This document shows positions 6,977 to 17,298 of a stretch of DNA of 34,052 nt, piece after piece (the stretch's first letter is position 1; every line of letters begins with the position of its first letter). A program made the position numbers and the translations under genes. The notes below the pieces were generated by a model. The model did not search any database. It was not told where the DNA came from and was given only the letters and a program-made list of their open reading frames with translations. The DNA is taken from positions 1-34,052 of IMG/VR virus record IMGVR_UViG_3300009788_000219; one strand, given 5' to 3'. This stretch comes from a virus. Lineage: Duplodnaviria > Caudoviricetes.

Positions 6977-7894
6977 ATGCCCGAAAGATTAGATAGTAGC
7001 CAGCTGCTTTTTTTTACACGGCAGCTTGAGATCATAAAAAGATCTCAGTACAATGAGAAGAATAAACTCCTTTATGGAGCTTCTCTAATTCCTGTAGACC
7101 CTGAAGTAAGGGGAGAGGGAATTGAAACAGTAACATACCGAAGTTACTCACGAATCGGTGTAGCCTCTTTTATTGGAGACTATGGTGGAAGTATTCCTCG
7201 TGCTGATATGTTTGGTACAGAGGTTTCTGCCCACATTAAACGACTTGCGTCATCTTATGGTTATTCGATCTTTGAGATCAAAAAAGCCATGAGAGCTGGT
7301 GTTAATCTTAAATCCGGAAGAGCAGATGCTGCTTTCAGAGCAGTAGCTGAAAAGGTTGATTACATTATCTGGAATGGTGATGTTAAAAGAAATCTTCAGG
7401 GTTTTCTTGATTATCCTGGTATTCAGGAGTATGCAACACCTGATGGTGCCACAAATGATCCGGAATGGAGTACAAAAACTCCTGCTGAAATTTATGCAGA
7501 TATGCGAGCTATGGTTAAGACTCCTTACATCAACACCAAACAGATTGAAAAACCTGATACTCTTCTTCTTCCTACAGAACAGTTTGAGCTGATTAAAGAT
7601 ATTCAGTTTTCAACTGCTTCAGATCTTACTATTATGGAGTATTTCAAAAGAAATAATCCTGATGTAACTGTTCTGTCTATTCCTGATTTGGAGGGAGTAG
7701 GTGATGGTAGTTCTGATAGAATGATTGCGTATGTGCGTGATGCTGATCACCTTACACAGTTGTTCCCAGTTCCTACCAAACAGGAAAGAGAATTTCAGGA
7801 AACTCCTTTCACTTATGTGATTCCTGTATGGGCTGAACATGGTGGAATTATAATTTATTACCCTCAGAGTGTTATTTTTGCCGATAACATATAA
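6977..7894 (+). CDS. Major capsid protein (HK97 fold, DUF2184-like)
   Basis: FFTRQLE, YGYSIFEI, WNGD...GFLDYP, W.TKTPAEI..D, PDTLLLP and GGIIIYYP motifs. Confidence 0.92.
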   Translation: MPERLDSSQLLFFTRQLEIIKRSQYNEKNKLLYGASLIPVDPEVRGEGIETVTYRSYSRIGVASFIGDYGGSIPRADMFGTEVSAHIKRLASSYGYSIFEIKKAMRAGVNLKSGRADAAFRAVAEKVDYIIWNGDVKRNLQGFLDYPGIQEYATPDGATNDPEWSTKTPAEIYADMRAMVKTPYINTKQIEKPDTLLLPTEQFELIKDIQFSTASDLTIMEYFKRNNPDVTVLSIPDLEGVGDGSSDRMIAYVRDADHLTQLFPVPTKQEREFQETPFTYVIPVWAEHGGIIIYYPQSVIFADNI

Positions 7895-7900
7895 GAGGAT

Positions 7901-7927
7901 GCACACCCTGCTATTTGTAGGGTGTGC
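7901..7927 (+). terminator. Stem-loop after the capsid gene (attenuator or mRNA stabiliser)
   Basis: GCACACCCTGC-TATTT-GTAGGGTGTGC, an 11-bp stem including one G-U pair. The U-tail is weak. Confidence 0.65.
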
Positions 7928-7950
7928 TCATTTACACAAGGAAGGTATTT

Positions 7951-8403
7951 ATGATTATTGATTTTAAGAAACCTAATGCCGGTGTTTTGACATTACCTAT
8001 ACCTACGAAAAAGGTTAAGGGCCAGAAAGGTGTTAATGCTGGAAGAAATGCTTCTCATCGAAAACAGAAAACTATAACACTTATTCCAGGGATAAATGAA
8101 ATGCCTGATGAAACATGGAATCAGGTGAGAGAACTTAAGAAAATTAAGTATTATCTTGAGGCAGAGTATATTGTTGTAAAATATGCTGTAGAAAAGAAAG
8201 ATGCCAAAGATAAAGTGATAGCTATTGAAACTGAAAAAAAGTTTGGAGAACTTGAAAGTGAAGAGCAGGAAGCTCTTGTAAAGAATACTTTTGATTTAAA
8301 ACTTTTGACTCAATGGCGTAGAAAAGGAAATGATTTCCTTAAGGGTGTGATTGATGATCAGAGAGAGTTAATCAAAAACCCAAAAAAAGATGAAGAAGAA
8401 TAA
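7951..8403 (+). CDS. Hypothetical Lys-rich head-associated protein
   Basis: AGGAAGG RBS. Position directly after the capsid gene. L.PG.N...W motif. Confidence 0.7.
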   Translation: MIIDFKKPNAGVLTLPIPTKKVKGQKGVNAGRNASHRKQKTITLIPGINEMPDETWNQVRELKKIKYYLEAEYIVVKYAVEKKDAKDKVIAIETEKKFGELESEEQEALVKNTFDLKLLTQWRRKGNDFLKGVIDDQRELIKNPKKDEEE

Positions 8404-8413
8404 GAGGTAAATA

Positions 8414-8821
8414 ATGGGACTCTCAGCTTCACAAATAGTTCAAACATATCCAGGTATTAAAGATGATGTTGATATAGAAACTTATATTGCATTAGCTCGG
8501 TTAAAAACCTCATCTGCTTATTATGGTACCAAGTATGAATTAGCTGTGTCATTGAGAGCTGCCCATGATATAACTCTTTCTAAACCGGAGTTGTATAGTA
8601 CATCTTCAAGTAAACGTGGTGCTCAGGCCAGTAGAAGACAGCAGGATTTATCTGAGTCTTTCTATCCCAGTACTCCACAATTTGCTGGTGGAGGGGTTAG
8701 TGCCGGTTTAAAATTATTGGCTACTACTTCATATGGACAATTACTTTTACAGTTAATGTCAATGTCTAATACTTCTATGAGTGTTATTGGAGCTTCTGCT
8801 TTAATGGTATCTGGGAGTTAA
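8414..8821 (+). CDS. Head-tail adaptor, DUF4054-like
   Basis: ELAVSLRAAH and TTSYGQLLLQL motifs, plus synteny. Confidence 0.8.
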   Translation: MGLSASQIVQTYPGIKDDVDIETYIALARLKTSSAYYGTKYELAVSLRAAHDITLSKPELYSTSSSKRGAQASRRQQDLSESFYPSTPQFAGGGVSAGLKLLATTSYGQLLLQLMSMSNTSMSVIGASALMVSGS

Positions 8822-8824
8822 CTA

Positions 8825-9301
8825 ATGAGTTTTAAAGTAGTTCAAAAAGGTGATTCCCTTCAAGCTATAATTAAAAATATTGATAAAATGACTAAAGATC
8901 ATGTAGAGGTAGGTCTCTTTTCAAAAGGAGCTGGCAAAAATATGGATAAAAACTTTGCTATGCGAATGGCTCATTTTGAAAAAGGTTCTGCAAAAGCTCA
9001 TTTACCATCTCGTCCAGTATTTAAAACTACTTTAAATGATCGAAAATCTGAAGTAGCACAATATATGAAATTTTTATATAGTGAACTTTTGAAAGGTAAT
9101 ATGTCTCGGAAAGAAATTTATAATTTATTAGGGAAGCGATATACTCAATTTTTAAAAGATCAATTTATAAAACGAACATTTGCTCCTCTTTCTGAAAATT
9201 ATAAAGTCCGTCCCAGTGGTAGAGCAGTAACACCTAATAGCACTCCTTTATTAGATACTAATAAAATGAGAAGTAAAATCACACATAAGGTGGTGATGTA
9301 A
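8825..9301 (+). CDS. Neck/tail-completion morphogenesis protein
   Basis: VEVGL, HFEKG...LPSRP, APLS and PLLDT..MR..ITH motifs. Confidence 0.75.
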   Translation: MSFKVVQKGDSLQAIIKNIDKMTKDHVEVGLFSKGAGKNMDKNFAMRMAHFEKGSAKAHLPSRPVFKTTLNDRKSEVAQYMKFLYSELLKGNMSRKEIYNLLGKRYTQFLKDQFIKRTFAPLSENYKVRPSGRAVTPNSTPLLDTNKMRSKITHKVVM

Positions 9302-9660
9302 TGTCTTTATTTTATAAAACCACAATTCAAAGAAAAGAAGTAAATCAGAGCTTTGTAAAAGGGAAACCTTTAACTGACTCTGCACCTATAACAACTTTCC
9401 AAGGAAATATTCAGCCTTATAAAGGTCAGGTTACAGTAGAACAAACTGAGGGGGTTCTTACTTCCGGTTTAATGGTTGTTTTTTCGGAAGAGAAACTCAA
9501 TATTCCTACTCCAAACGCCTCTACTAAGGGCACCTACGTACTTTACCATGATAACTGGTATGAATGTATCAAAGAGCTTGATTGGAGTGATCAGAAGGGC
9601 CCTTTTGCAGATTTAAGTTATTATCGTTATATAATTGTATGGAGAGAGGTTGATGCATGA
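9301..9660 (+). CDS. Head closure/stopper protein
   Basis: GNIQP and Y...WYE....DW motifs, plus synteny. Confidence 0.65.
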   Translation: MSLFYKTTIQRKEVNQSFVKGKPLTDSAPITTFQGNIQPYKGQVTVEQTEGVLTSGLMVVFSEEKLNIPTPNASTKGTYVLYHDNWYECIKELDWSDQKGPFADLSYYRYIIVWREVDA

Positions 9661-10244
9661 CATTAGATGAATTGTATGAACATGTCTATGATTTGCTCTC
9701 TCTAATATTTACTGCTGAAGAATTAACAGTTAAACTTTTTCAATCAGATACTGGGTTAGCATTACCGGTAACAGATGATCCTTATATTGTAATAGGTTAT
9801 ACTCCTACAATTTTAAAGAAAACAGGAGCTTCTACTTCCGGAGATATTCATGATCCAAGTACAGAAGATCCTCCATTGGTAGATCTTCCTTATTTGGTAA
9901 GATTTACTCCATATGAAGGTGAAGTAGAAATCAGGCAAGTTAATGGAGATGGAGAGTTCTTAAAAATAGTATTATCAGCTTTAGAAACTGTTTATGTTAC
10001 TGAATTTTTATCGGCTTTAGGTTTAGGAATCAAAGATGTGGAGATACCAATAACATCTATTCCTTTTCGAATTAATAATAAACCGCATAAAGAAAGTATT
10101 GTATCTCCGGTCTTTTCCTTTTATGATAGTATGAGAGAAGAGTTACCATGGATAGAAGATGTGAATATTGCTGGAGCAATTGATAATGAAGATGGTAGTG
10201 AAACTAGAATTTTGGAGATCACTAAAGATTCAGTGACTCCATAA
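9657..10244 (+). CDS. Tail terminator protein
   Basis: Acidic protein with PYIVI, directly before the sheath gene. Confidence 0.6.
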   Translation: MTLDELYEHVYDLLSLIFTAEELTVKLFQSDTGLALPVTDDPYIVIGYTPTILKKTGASTSGDIHDPSTEDPPLVDLPYLVRFTPYEGEVEIRQVNGDGEFLKIVLSALETVYVTEFLSALGLGIKDVEIPITSIPFRINNKPHKESIVSPVFSFYDSMREELPWIEDVNIAGAIDNEDGSETRILEITKDSVTP

Positions 10245-10266
10245 AAATAACGTTTAGGAGGTTATT

Positions 10267-12102
10267 ATGTCTGAAGTTAAAGACATTGTAGCGGTAAATA
10301 TTACTCGTGAAACACGATATCCTACGCAGTTAGGATTTGGAAGTGGTGCAATTATTTCTGAGTTTACCCCTGGAAGTTTGAATAACCCTATGTTGGGGGG
10401 TAATAGGTATCAATTATATCCACACACAACAGCTATGACAGAGGATGGATGGGCTATCACTGATTTGGAATATCGGGCTGCTGTGGCTTATTTCAGTCAG
10501 AATCCTAATCCTGGAACATTCATGGTGGGAAGAAAAGATGCAGGAGATGCTAATTGGACGGCAGCTTTGAATGCTATCAATGCTGTTTATACTGATTGGT
10601 ATGCTTTTACAATCAAATCATCTACAGAAGCAGATATTTTAGAAGTTGCAGCATGGGCTGAAACTCAAGTGAAAATATTTGGCTATACTTCTGCAGAAAA
10701 AGCAATCATAGGAATTCAAGTAGCTTTGGCTGCTGGTTTTTTTACCAGTGGAGCATTAGGAACTTTAGCTGCTTTTCAGGCAATTACTGATGGTGAATTC
10801 ATGATTGCAAAAGATGGAGCTGCTGCTGTTGAAGTAGATGGTATTAATATGTCATCGGGAGCTACTGCAGGTTTATGGGTTACAGGCATTGTAGCTGGTA
10901 AAATGGCGGCTTTTCAACTTGTGACGGATGGTGAATTTGATGTTACATTAGATGGTGGATCAGCAATACCTGTAGCAGCTATTAACTTAACTACAGGAAC
11001 TACCTGGGCAGGTATGGCAACTCTTCTTCAGACTGCAGTAAGAGGTGAAACTGGCTTAGAAGCTGTAACTGTAGTTTATGATTCTGATTCCGGAAGATTT
11101 ATTTTCGGAAGCGACAGTACGGGAGCTAGTTCAAGTCTTTTAGTAGAAATAGCAGCAGCACCTGCAGGAACTGATTTAACTGCAGCTGCTTATTTTGATG
11201 GTGGAGATGAGACAGAAGGAACTGATGCAAGTCTACCTGCTGATATGGCTGCAGTTGCTACAGCATTGGAAGCAGCTATTACAGCTGCAGGAGTAACTGG
11301 TGTTACAGTAGCTTATACTGACAGTAGAATGGTTTTTACCAGTGATACTACAGGTAATTCTTCAAGTATAGTTATTTCAGCTGTTGTTTCTGGACCTGGA
11401 ACTGATCTTACAGGATCCTCTTACTTGAATGGTGGAATTTCTACATTGGGAACAGCTCTTGGTAATACACCGGGAACAGATGATTTAGCTACTCAATTAA
11501 AAGCTTTAGGATATGATCATACGGTCATTATTTACAATGAGTTAGCTCAGGATCAGAATGGAATAAGCACTTCTGTAGTAGAGTTTTCCTTTATTGCATG
11601 GATTGGAGAAGCATTGCCTTATGATCCGGCAAGTCAAACCTGGGCTTTTAAGTCTCTGAAAAGTGTTACTGTATCTGATGAGATAGGTACGGGTCAGGAA
11701 ATATTTGCTAAAAATAATAATGCAAATGTTTATGTAAAAACTGGTGGTGTACCGATAACTTTGGATGGTAAAGTGATTGGTGGTGAATATATTGATATCA
11801 TCAGAGGAACGCACTGGTTGGAAGCAGAAATGCAAACTGCTGTTTTTGCATCTCTGTTGAATAACAGAAAAGTACCATTCACAGATGCTGGAATTACTTT
11901 GGTTGAGAATGCTATCAGAGGTGTAATGTCCAGAGCTGAAGTTGATCTTCTTAATGCAGAAGATACCACAATAGTGATACCTAAGAGAGTTGAAACTGAT
12001 CCTGCTGATAGAGTAATTCGCTTTCTCGATGGTGTTTCATTTAATAGTAGTTACCAGGGTGCAATTCAGAAAGTTGCTATCACCGGAACACTATCAATTT
12101 AA
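10267..12102 (+). CDS. Contractile tail sheath, DUF3383-like
   Basis: IVAVNITR, EY.AA..YFSQ.P.P, TWAFK.L and GEYIDIIRG.HWL...KVPFTDAG motifs. Confidence 0.92.
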   Translation: MSEVKDIVAVNITRETRYPTQLGFGSGAIISEFTPGSLNNPMLGGNRYQLYPHTTAMTEDGWAITDLEYRAAVAYFSQNPNPGTFMVGRKDAGDANWTAALNAINAVYTDWYAFTIKSSTEADILEVAAWAETQVKIFGYTSAEKAIIGIQVALAAGFFTSGALGTLAAFQAITDGEFMIAKDGAAAVEVDGINMSSGATAGLWVTGIVAGKMAAFQLVTDGEFDVTLDGGSAIPVAAINLTTGTTWAGMATLLQTAVRGETGLEAVTVVYDSDSGRFIFGSDSTGASSSLLVEIAAAPAGTDLTAAAYFDGGDETEGTDASLPADMAAVATALEAAITAAGVTGVTVAYTDSRMVFTSDTTGNSSSIVISAVVSGPGTDLTGSSYLNGGISTLGTALGNTPGTDDLATQLKALGYDHTVIIYNELAQDQNGISTSVVEFSFIAWIGEALPYDPASQTWAFKSLKSVTVSDEIGTGQEIFAKNNNANVYVKTGGVPITLDGKVIGGEYIDIIRGTHWLEAEMQTAVFASLLNNRKVPFTDAGITLVENAIRGVMSRAEVDLLNAEDTTIVIPKRVETDPADRVIRFLDGVSFNSSYQGAIQKVAITGTLSI

Positions 12103-12117
12103 TAAGGGAGGAAAACA

Positions 12118-12555
12118 ATGCTTGATCCTATTGTAAGAACTATTGATCCTAAATTAGTTATCGTCACTATGGGACCTATTTTGGTAACAGGTTATGCCCC
12201 TGACACATTTCTTACTATTGCTACTGAAGATGATTTCTATGAAAAAGTAAGAGGAGCTGATGGTTCTATAGAGAGGTATGCAAAAAATGTGTACGATGCA
12301 ATGATCACTTTAACATTGCTGGGAACCAGTTTAGCAAATGAATTGCTAATGGCTCTGCATGAAGCTGATAAATTGGCTAATCTTGGGAAAGTACCTTTTC
12401 TTATGAAAGATTTGAATGGTACAACTTTAGCTGCTTTTCCACAGGCGTGGATAAAGAAAACTCCGGATCTTGAAGTTTCGAGTTCAGCTGTAACAAGAGA
12501 ATGGGTGATTGATACAGGACCTGGTATTACACATATCGGGACTAATATTTTATAA
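12118..12555 (+). CDS. Tail tube protein, DUF3277-like
   Basis: DPK.V...GYA..TF...GADG...ITLTL..TS..N...KDLNG...AWIKK.P...REW pattern. Confidence 0.88.
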   Translation: MLDPIVRTIDPKLVIVTMGPILVTGYAPDTFLTIATEDDFYEKVRGADGSIERYAKNVYDAMITLTLLGTSLANELLMALHEADKLANLGKVPFLMKDLNGTTLAAFPQAWIKKTPDLEVSSSAVTREWVIDTGPGITHIGTNIL

Positions 12556-12585
12556 ATATAATCATTAAAGGAAGGAAGGAAGGAA

Positions 12586-13032
12586 ATGATTAAAACCACA
12601 AAAACTGTAACTGTGGAGGGAACAGAGTTTCACATTGGAACTCTTTCCCCTCTCACAGCCATGGCTGTTCTAAAAAAATTGACTGGGATTATCGGAACAG
12701 CTTTTAGTGCAGATTCTCAAACAGAGGTATTTGCAGCTCTAGGACCGGCACTAAGTACTTTAGAAGATAAAGATCTGAATACCCTTTGGCTTCAGATTTT
12801 TTCATGTGTGCAGGTTATCCCTGCAGGAAAGGCACCTTTTCAAATTGATTCAGAAGCCTCTTTTAATGGGGCATTTACTGGATTAGATCCTGATGCTATA
12901 TTTACAGTTGCCTTTGATGTAATGAGGCATAATCGCTTCCCTTTAATAAGGGACCTGGAGGGAGATATTGGAGAGTTAATGAGCACAATCCTTACTATTC
13001 CAGGGGAAGAAGAGACAGAAGAAGAGACTTAA
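12586..13032 (+). CDS. Tail assembly chaperone (gpG-like)
   Basis: Lies between the tube and tape measure genes and contains a slippery heptamer. Confidence 0.8.
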   Translation: MIKTTKTVTVEGTEFHIGTLSPLTAMAVLKKLTGIIGTAFSADSQTEVFAALGPALSTLEDKDLNTLWLQIFSCVQVIPAGKAPFQIDSEASFNGAFTGLDPDAIFTVAFDVMRHNRFPLIRDLEGDIGELMSTILTIPGEEETEEET

Positions 13033-13256
13033 AAGATTTAGGTGAAGTAGGAACTTTAGAAAAAGATTTTGAATCTGAGTGGTTAGTTTGGAGAATAATA
13101 AAAGAATCTAATTTTCAGATCAGTAGACACCAGATAGAGACAGAATGGTCTTTAGATGATGTTTTTAAAGTAAATGCTTTATTAGATATGGAACAGGATT
13201 ATCAGACTGCTAAAAAAGGTTTAGAATCTATAAAGCAAGATAAAACTGGTAAATAA
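12939..13256 (+). CDS. -1 frameshift extension of the tail chaperone (gpGT-like), absent from the ORF track
   Basis: C CCT TTA at 12939-12945. The -1 frame opens after the TAA at 12930 and runs to the TAA at 13254 (…EWLVWRII…EWSLDDVFKVNALLDME…). Confidence 0.8.
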   Translation, partial: PFNKGPGGRYWRVNEHNPYYSRGRRDRRRDLKDLGEVGTLEKDFESEWLVWRIIKESNFQISRHQIETEWSLDDVFKVNALLDMEQDYQTAKKGLESIKQDKTGK

Positions 13257-13266
13257 GGGGAGTACA

Positions 13267-15519
13267 GTGGTTATTGAAGAATTTATATCAAAGTTTTCTT
13301 TCAAAGCTGACACTTCTAAAGTTCATAAATTTTCCAAAAAAATAAATGAAGCTAAAGAAAATATGAAAGGAGCAGATAACTCCTGGAATAAATTTCAAGA
13401 TCAATTAAAAAAGGGAATCCCTAACCAATGGTTTAACAGCATGTCCGGATTTATTACAACATTTAACCGGACCCGTGTTTTTCTTAATGGTTTTAAAAAT
13501 ACATTTCAGATTTTAAATAAGCTTCCTTTTGGAGGTGTCTTTAAAGGGTTAAGTAATTCCATTACAGGCATCATGCTTCCAATGAATAGGTTTGGTCTTC
13601 TTATAACTCGTATTAGAAGTTCTGTACGTTCCTGGATGCATTTAATGAATACAGGTTGGAAGAAATTATGGACTAATTTTAAAAGCCATATGGCTGGAAT
13701 TTGGAGAGCTACAAAAGTAGGATTAACTAAAATAGGTCCTCTTGTAAGAGCTAATCTATTAAAATTAAAAGTCTGGATCACCAAAACCTGGAATAGTATT
13801 GTAGCATCTGTAATGGCTGGTAACAATAAATTTCTTAAAGGAATGATAGCTGGTTTTCAAAAAGTAGGGGGATTTTTCAATCCTAAATTAACTCAATTTG
13901 GCAAAGGGATAAAAGGAGCTGCAGCTAATATACCTTTTCTGGGAAATGCTTTGGCTAAAATACCATCATTTGCATTAGGAGCAGTTGCAGCTTTAGCTTT
14001 AGTGGTGGGAGCAATTTTTGCAGTAGTTAAAGCTATTAAAGCAATTGCTTCAGCCACCAGACAATTCATTGCATTTGAAACAGCTATGAAGGGTGTTCAA
14101 AAAGTAACTTTAGCTTCTGCTAAAGAAATGAATCAATTAGAAGCTTCAGCATTAAGAGCTGGTGAAGCAAGTATTTTCACAGTAAAAGAATCTGCAGAAG
14201 CTCAGAAGTTTTTAGCAATGGCTGGTCTTTCTGTTAAAGAAACAATGGCTGCTTTACCGGGAACACTTCAATTAGCAGCTGCAGGTGAGATGAATCTTGC
14301 TACTGCAGCAGATATTGCTACAAATATTATGTCTTCCAATGCTTTACAGGTAGAAGATCTTGCTCGTATAAATGATATCATGGCTTTTACTGCTGCTAAT
14401 GCAAATACTGATATTGTACAATTAGGAGCTGCCATATCTAAAATAGGACCTGCTGGTAGACTTGCAGGGCTCAGTGTTGAAAACTTGAGTGCATGGTTAG
14501 GTGTACTTGCTAATAATGGTGTCAGAGGTGAAAGAGCCGGTACTATGGTTCGTAATGCCATAAAGGATTTAGTTAATCCTTCAGAAAAAATGGCAAAAGC
14601 TATGGCTGCAGGTGGAGTAGCTATTGGTGATTTTGTAGATGAAACTGGTAATATTCAAAATATTGATGCTTTTTTAATGGCTATGGAAAACATGGATGCT
14701 GTAGCTAAAAAAGCATTTTTGGCGAGTTTAGATGAAAGAACCTGGCAAGCTCTTTCACCTGTTATTACAGGTAGTGCAGAAGCTGTAGCTCAATTTAATG
14801 ATGAATTAGAAAGAGCAGGAGGCACAGCTGCTAAGATGGCAGGATTTGCTTTCCGAGGATTAAGCGGAGCTGTTAAACAATATAGATCCAGGATGGGAGC
14901 TACTGCAGTTAAGTTTATGAAAAATTCTGGACTTAATAAACTATTCGAAGAATTTGTGAGATTTGCAGCTGATGTTTTACCTCCAATTATAAATACAATA
15001 GGTTTGCTTTTACGTCCTCTTGTAGTAGTCTTTAGAGCTGTTATGGCTGTTTTGACTCCTATTGGGATGTTATTTAAATGGCTTTTAGATACTATTAATA
15101 CTATTGGAGATGTTTTTCTGGATATTTTTGTAGGTCCTTTTGAATGGATGCTTGATAAATTTAATCAATTATTAAGAGATACCAAAGGTTTTTTGACATG
15201 GATTACTGAAGCTGAAGGTCCTATTGGGGCTATAGCTAGATGGATTCAAAGTATTATCGATAATATTTCTAAATTTTTTGATAAGTTTAAACATGTAGAA
15301 GGGTTAGATAAATATGGAATGACTACTACAAAACCTTCTGATTCTATAACTGGAGATGGAGCTAGGGGAACTTCCACTACTTCAACAACAAATATTGCTG
15401 TGGAATCTCCAATTACAATAAATGGAGTAGACACTAATAATGCACCTGCAGTAGCGGCTGCAGCCAGATCAGCAGTAGCTATTGAGGTTAAAAAAATACT
15501 TGTAGAGGCAGGGATTTAA
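13267..15519 (+). CDS. Tape measure protein (TP901-type core)
   Basis: FETAMKGV…AEAQKFLAMAG…LQLAAAG…LANNGVRGERAGT, with a hydrophobic helical C-terminus. Confidence 0.93.
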   Translation: MVIEEFISKFSFKADTSKVHKFSKKINEAKENMKGADNSWNKFQDQLKKGIPNQWFNSMSGFITTFNRTRVFLNGFKNTFQILNKLPFGGVFKGLSNSITGIMLPMNRFGLLITRIRSSVRSWMHLMNTGWKKLWTNFKSHMAGIWRATKVGLTKIGPLVRANLLKLKVWITKTWNSIVASVMAGNNKFLKGMIAGFQKVGGFFNPKLTQFGKGIKGAAANIPFLGNALAKIPSFALGAVAALALVVGAIFAVVKAIKAIASATRQFIAFETAMKGVQKVTLASAKEMNQLEASALRAGEASIFTVKESAEAQKFLAMAGLSVKETMAALPGTLQLAAAGEMNLATAADIATNIMSSNALQVEDLARINDIMAFTAANANTDIVQLGAAISKIGPAGRLAGLSVENLSAWLGVLANNGVRGERAGTMVRNAIKDLVNPSEKMAKAMAAGGVAIGDFVDETGNIQNIDAFLMAMENMDAVAKKAFLASLDERTWQALSPVITGSAEAVAQFNDELERAGGTAAKMAGFAFRGLSGAVKQYRSRMGATAVKFMKNSGLNKLFEEFVRFAADVLPPIINTIGLLLRPLVVVFRAVMAVLTPIGMLFKWLLDTINTIGDVFLDIFVGPFEWMLDKFNQLLRDTKGFLTWITEAEGPIGAIARWIQSIIDNISKFFDKFKHVEGLDKYGMTTTKPSDSITGDGARGTSTTSTTNIAVESPITINGVDTNNAPAVAAAARSAVAIEVKKILVEAGI

Positions 15520-16109
15520 TGGCTAATTTAAAGGTTCCAGCTATGTTATTTGGAGGACGAAAAAGAAGTAAATCCATTAAAAGTGATTCTTTTAGTTTAG
15601 TATTTGATCTTCAATTATCAGAATCACATTCTCTTGATAATGAAGTAGCCAGTCATCCAGTAGAAGAAGGATCCCCTATCTCAGATCATATTGAGAATAA
15701 GTTACGTTCCGGATCTACTTCATTTTTGATCTCAAATTATAGTTTAAAAATAGGAGAGTTGGTCACAAATAGAGTGCAGGATGTATATGATCTTTTTAAG
15801 CAGTTATGGAAAGCTAAAGAATTAGTAACTTTAGTAACTGATTTAGAGGTGTATGAAGATAGTGCTATTACTAAAGTAGGTATTTCCAGAGGGGAAGGAA
15901 CTGGTGAAGCAGGTACTTTTGAAGTATCATTCACAGAATTTAGAATTATAAGACTTAAAAAAGTATCAATAGATGCCAATATTGTTATAACTGAATTAGA
16001 AACTCCGGAGAGTCAGCAAGCTTCTCCTCCGGCTGATATAGGCACACAAGCTCCTGAGAGTGAAACTTATACTGCAAAATCTAATTATCTGAGGGGAGGA
16101 GCACGTTAA
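15519..16109 (+). CDS. Baseplate/tube-initiator (Dit-like) protein
   Basis: D...SESH......HPVEEG..ISDH motif. Confidence 0.8.
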   Translation: MANLKVPAMLFGGRKRSKSIKSDSFSLVFDLQLSESHSLDNEVASHPVEEGSPISDHIENKLRSGSTSFLISNYSLKIGELVTNRVQDVYDLFKQLWKAKELVTLVTDLEVYEDSAITKVGISRGEGTGEAGTFEVSFTEFRIIRLKKVSIDANIVITELETPESQQASPPADIGTQAPESETYTAKSNYLRGGAR

Positions 16110-16463
16110 ATGCTTAAAATACCTATTTTTCAAAATCAATCATCAGATATTACAGAAAGAGTTACACTTGATGGTATTGAAATCAGCCTCAGATTTGCCT
16201 GGAATACTAAAAGTGAATATTGGATGCTTAATTCATATATAGAAATAGAATCTGAGATAACTTTGAATGGAATTAAAGTAGTTGCTAATTATCCTTTGCT
16301 TTATCAATTCTCTACAAGTTTAACTGGTCAATTTTTAATTTTCTTACAGGATTCAGCTTTAGGGCCAGAAATAACTTATGATAGTTTTGGAAATGGTCAT
16401 AATTTGTTTTATCTTTCTGATGAAGAGTTTGATATCTGGAAGGATGCAAATGGCTTTCAATAG
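16110..16463 (+). CDS. Small baseplate (plug-like) protein
   Basis: VTLDG...LRFAWN....W...GIKVV...PLL motif, plus synteny. Confidence 0.7.
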   Translation: MLKIPIFQNQSSDITERVTLDGIEISLRFAWNTKSEYWMLNSYIEIESEITLNGIKVVANYPLLYQFSTSLTGQFLIFLQDSALGPEITYDSFGNGHNLFYLSDEEFDIWKDANGFQ

Positions 16464-17298
16464 AATTCTAACTGTGAAAATTGGATTTGAAAACACTGGA
16501 ATTCTTATATCAGATTTGAATATTGATTTTCAAATTGAAAGATCCATTGATTTTTCAGCTAATTCAGTTCAATTAAAAATATATAACCCTTCAGTTGCTA
16601 CACAAGAAAAGTTTTTAAAAAAAGGAGCCAGTGTTACTATCTCAGCTGGTTATGAAGATGAGGGGATAGGTGTTATTTATGTAGGTCAAATTACAGAAAG
16701 TGTTTCTTATAAAGCAGGATCTAATCGTGTTGTGGATCTTATTGCTGGAAGTATTCAAAATGCTAATAGAGATCTTGCATATATTACAGTTGCTTTATCT
16801 TATAAAAGAGATACAGCTGTAATTACACCTTTAAAAGACATAGCTGCAGCTTTGGGACTTTCAAATTATGGATTTGAAATAGCTAAACGTGTTAAGTTAT
16901 CTAATGGTTTTTCTTATTCTGGATCTGCTAAAACAGCACTTGCCAGATGTAAAGATATTTTAAATGCTAATGGAATGGATCTGTTTATTGATAATACCAC
17001 AGTAGTAGTTTTCAAAAGAAAAACTGCAGATACACGATTTAAAGTGGTTTATTTAACTCCGGAGACAGGATTGATAGGATCAGCTAAATTGACAGATTCA
17101 AGTAAAGCCGGTAATCCCGAAGAAGAATTTCCATTAAGAATGTCTTTTAAATGTCTTTTAAATCCTCAATTAAATCCTAATGGAGTTGTGGTTTTAGATA
17201 AGAGTACTGTTATTGGAACTTTTATTCTTGAAAAAATATCATTTTCAGGTAATAATTATGGAGGAACTTTCATATCTATGGGAGAAGGGGTGTCATGA
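16450..17298 (+). CDS. Baseplate hub protein
   Basis: L.IDF.I, IYN.S, AGYED, TGLIGS and CLLNP.L motifs. Confidence 0.8.
   Translation: MAFNRILTVKIGFENTGILISDLNIDFQIERSIDFSANSVQLKIYNPSVATQEKFLKKGASVTISAGYEDEGIGVIYVGQITESVSYKAGSNRVVDLIAGSIQNANRDLAYITVALSYKRDTAVITPLKDIAAALGLSNYGFEIAKRVKLSNGFSYSGSAKTALARCKDILNANGMDLFIDNTTVVVFKRKTADTRFKVVYLTPETGLIGSAKLTDSSKAGNPEEEFPLRMSFKCLLNPQLNPNGVVVLDKSTVIGTFILEKISFSGNNYGGTFISMGEGVS

Noticed and set aside
7008-7015. T8 run in the capsid gene as a phase-variation or slippage site
   Set aside because: Homopolymers are common in this AT-rich genome and the frame is intact.
6977-7894. Encapsulin nanocompartment interpretation
   Set aside because: The gene is embedded in a complete head-neck-tail operon, so it is the phage capsid.
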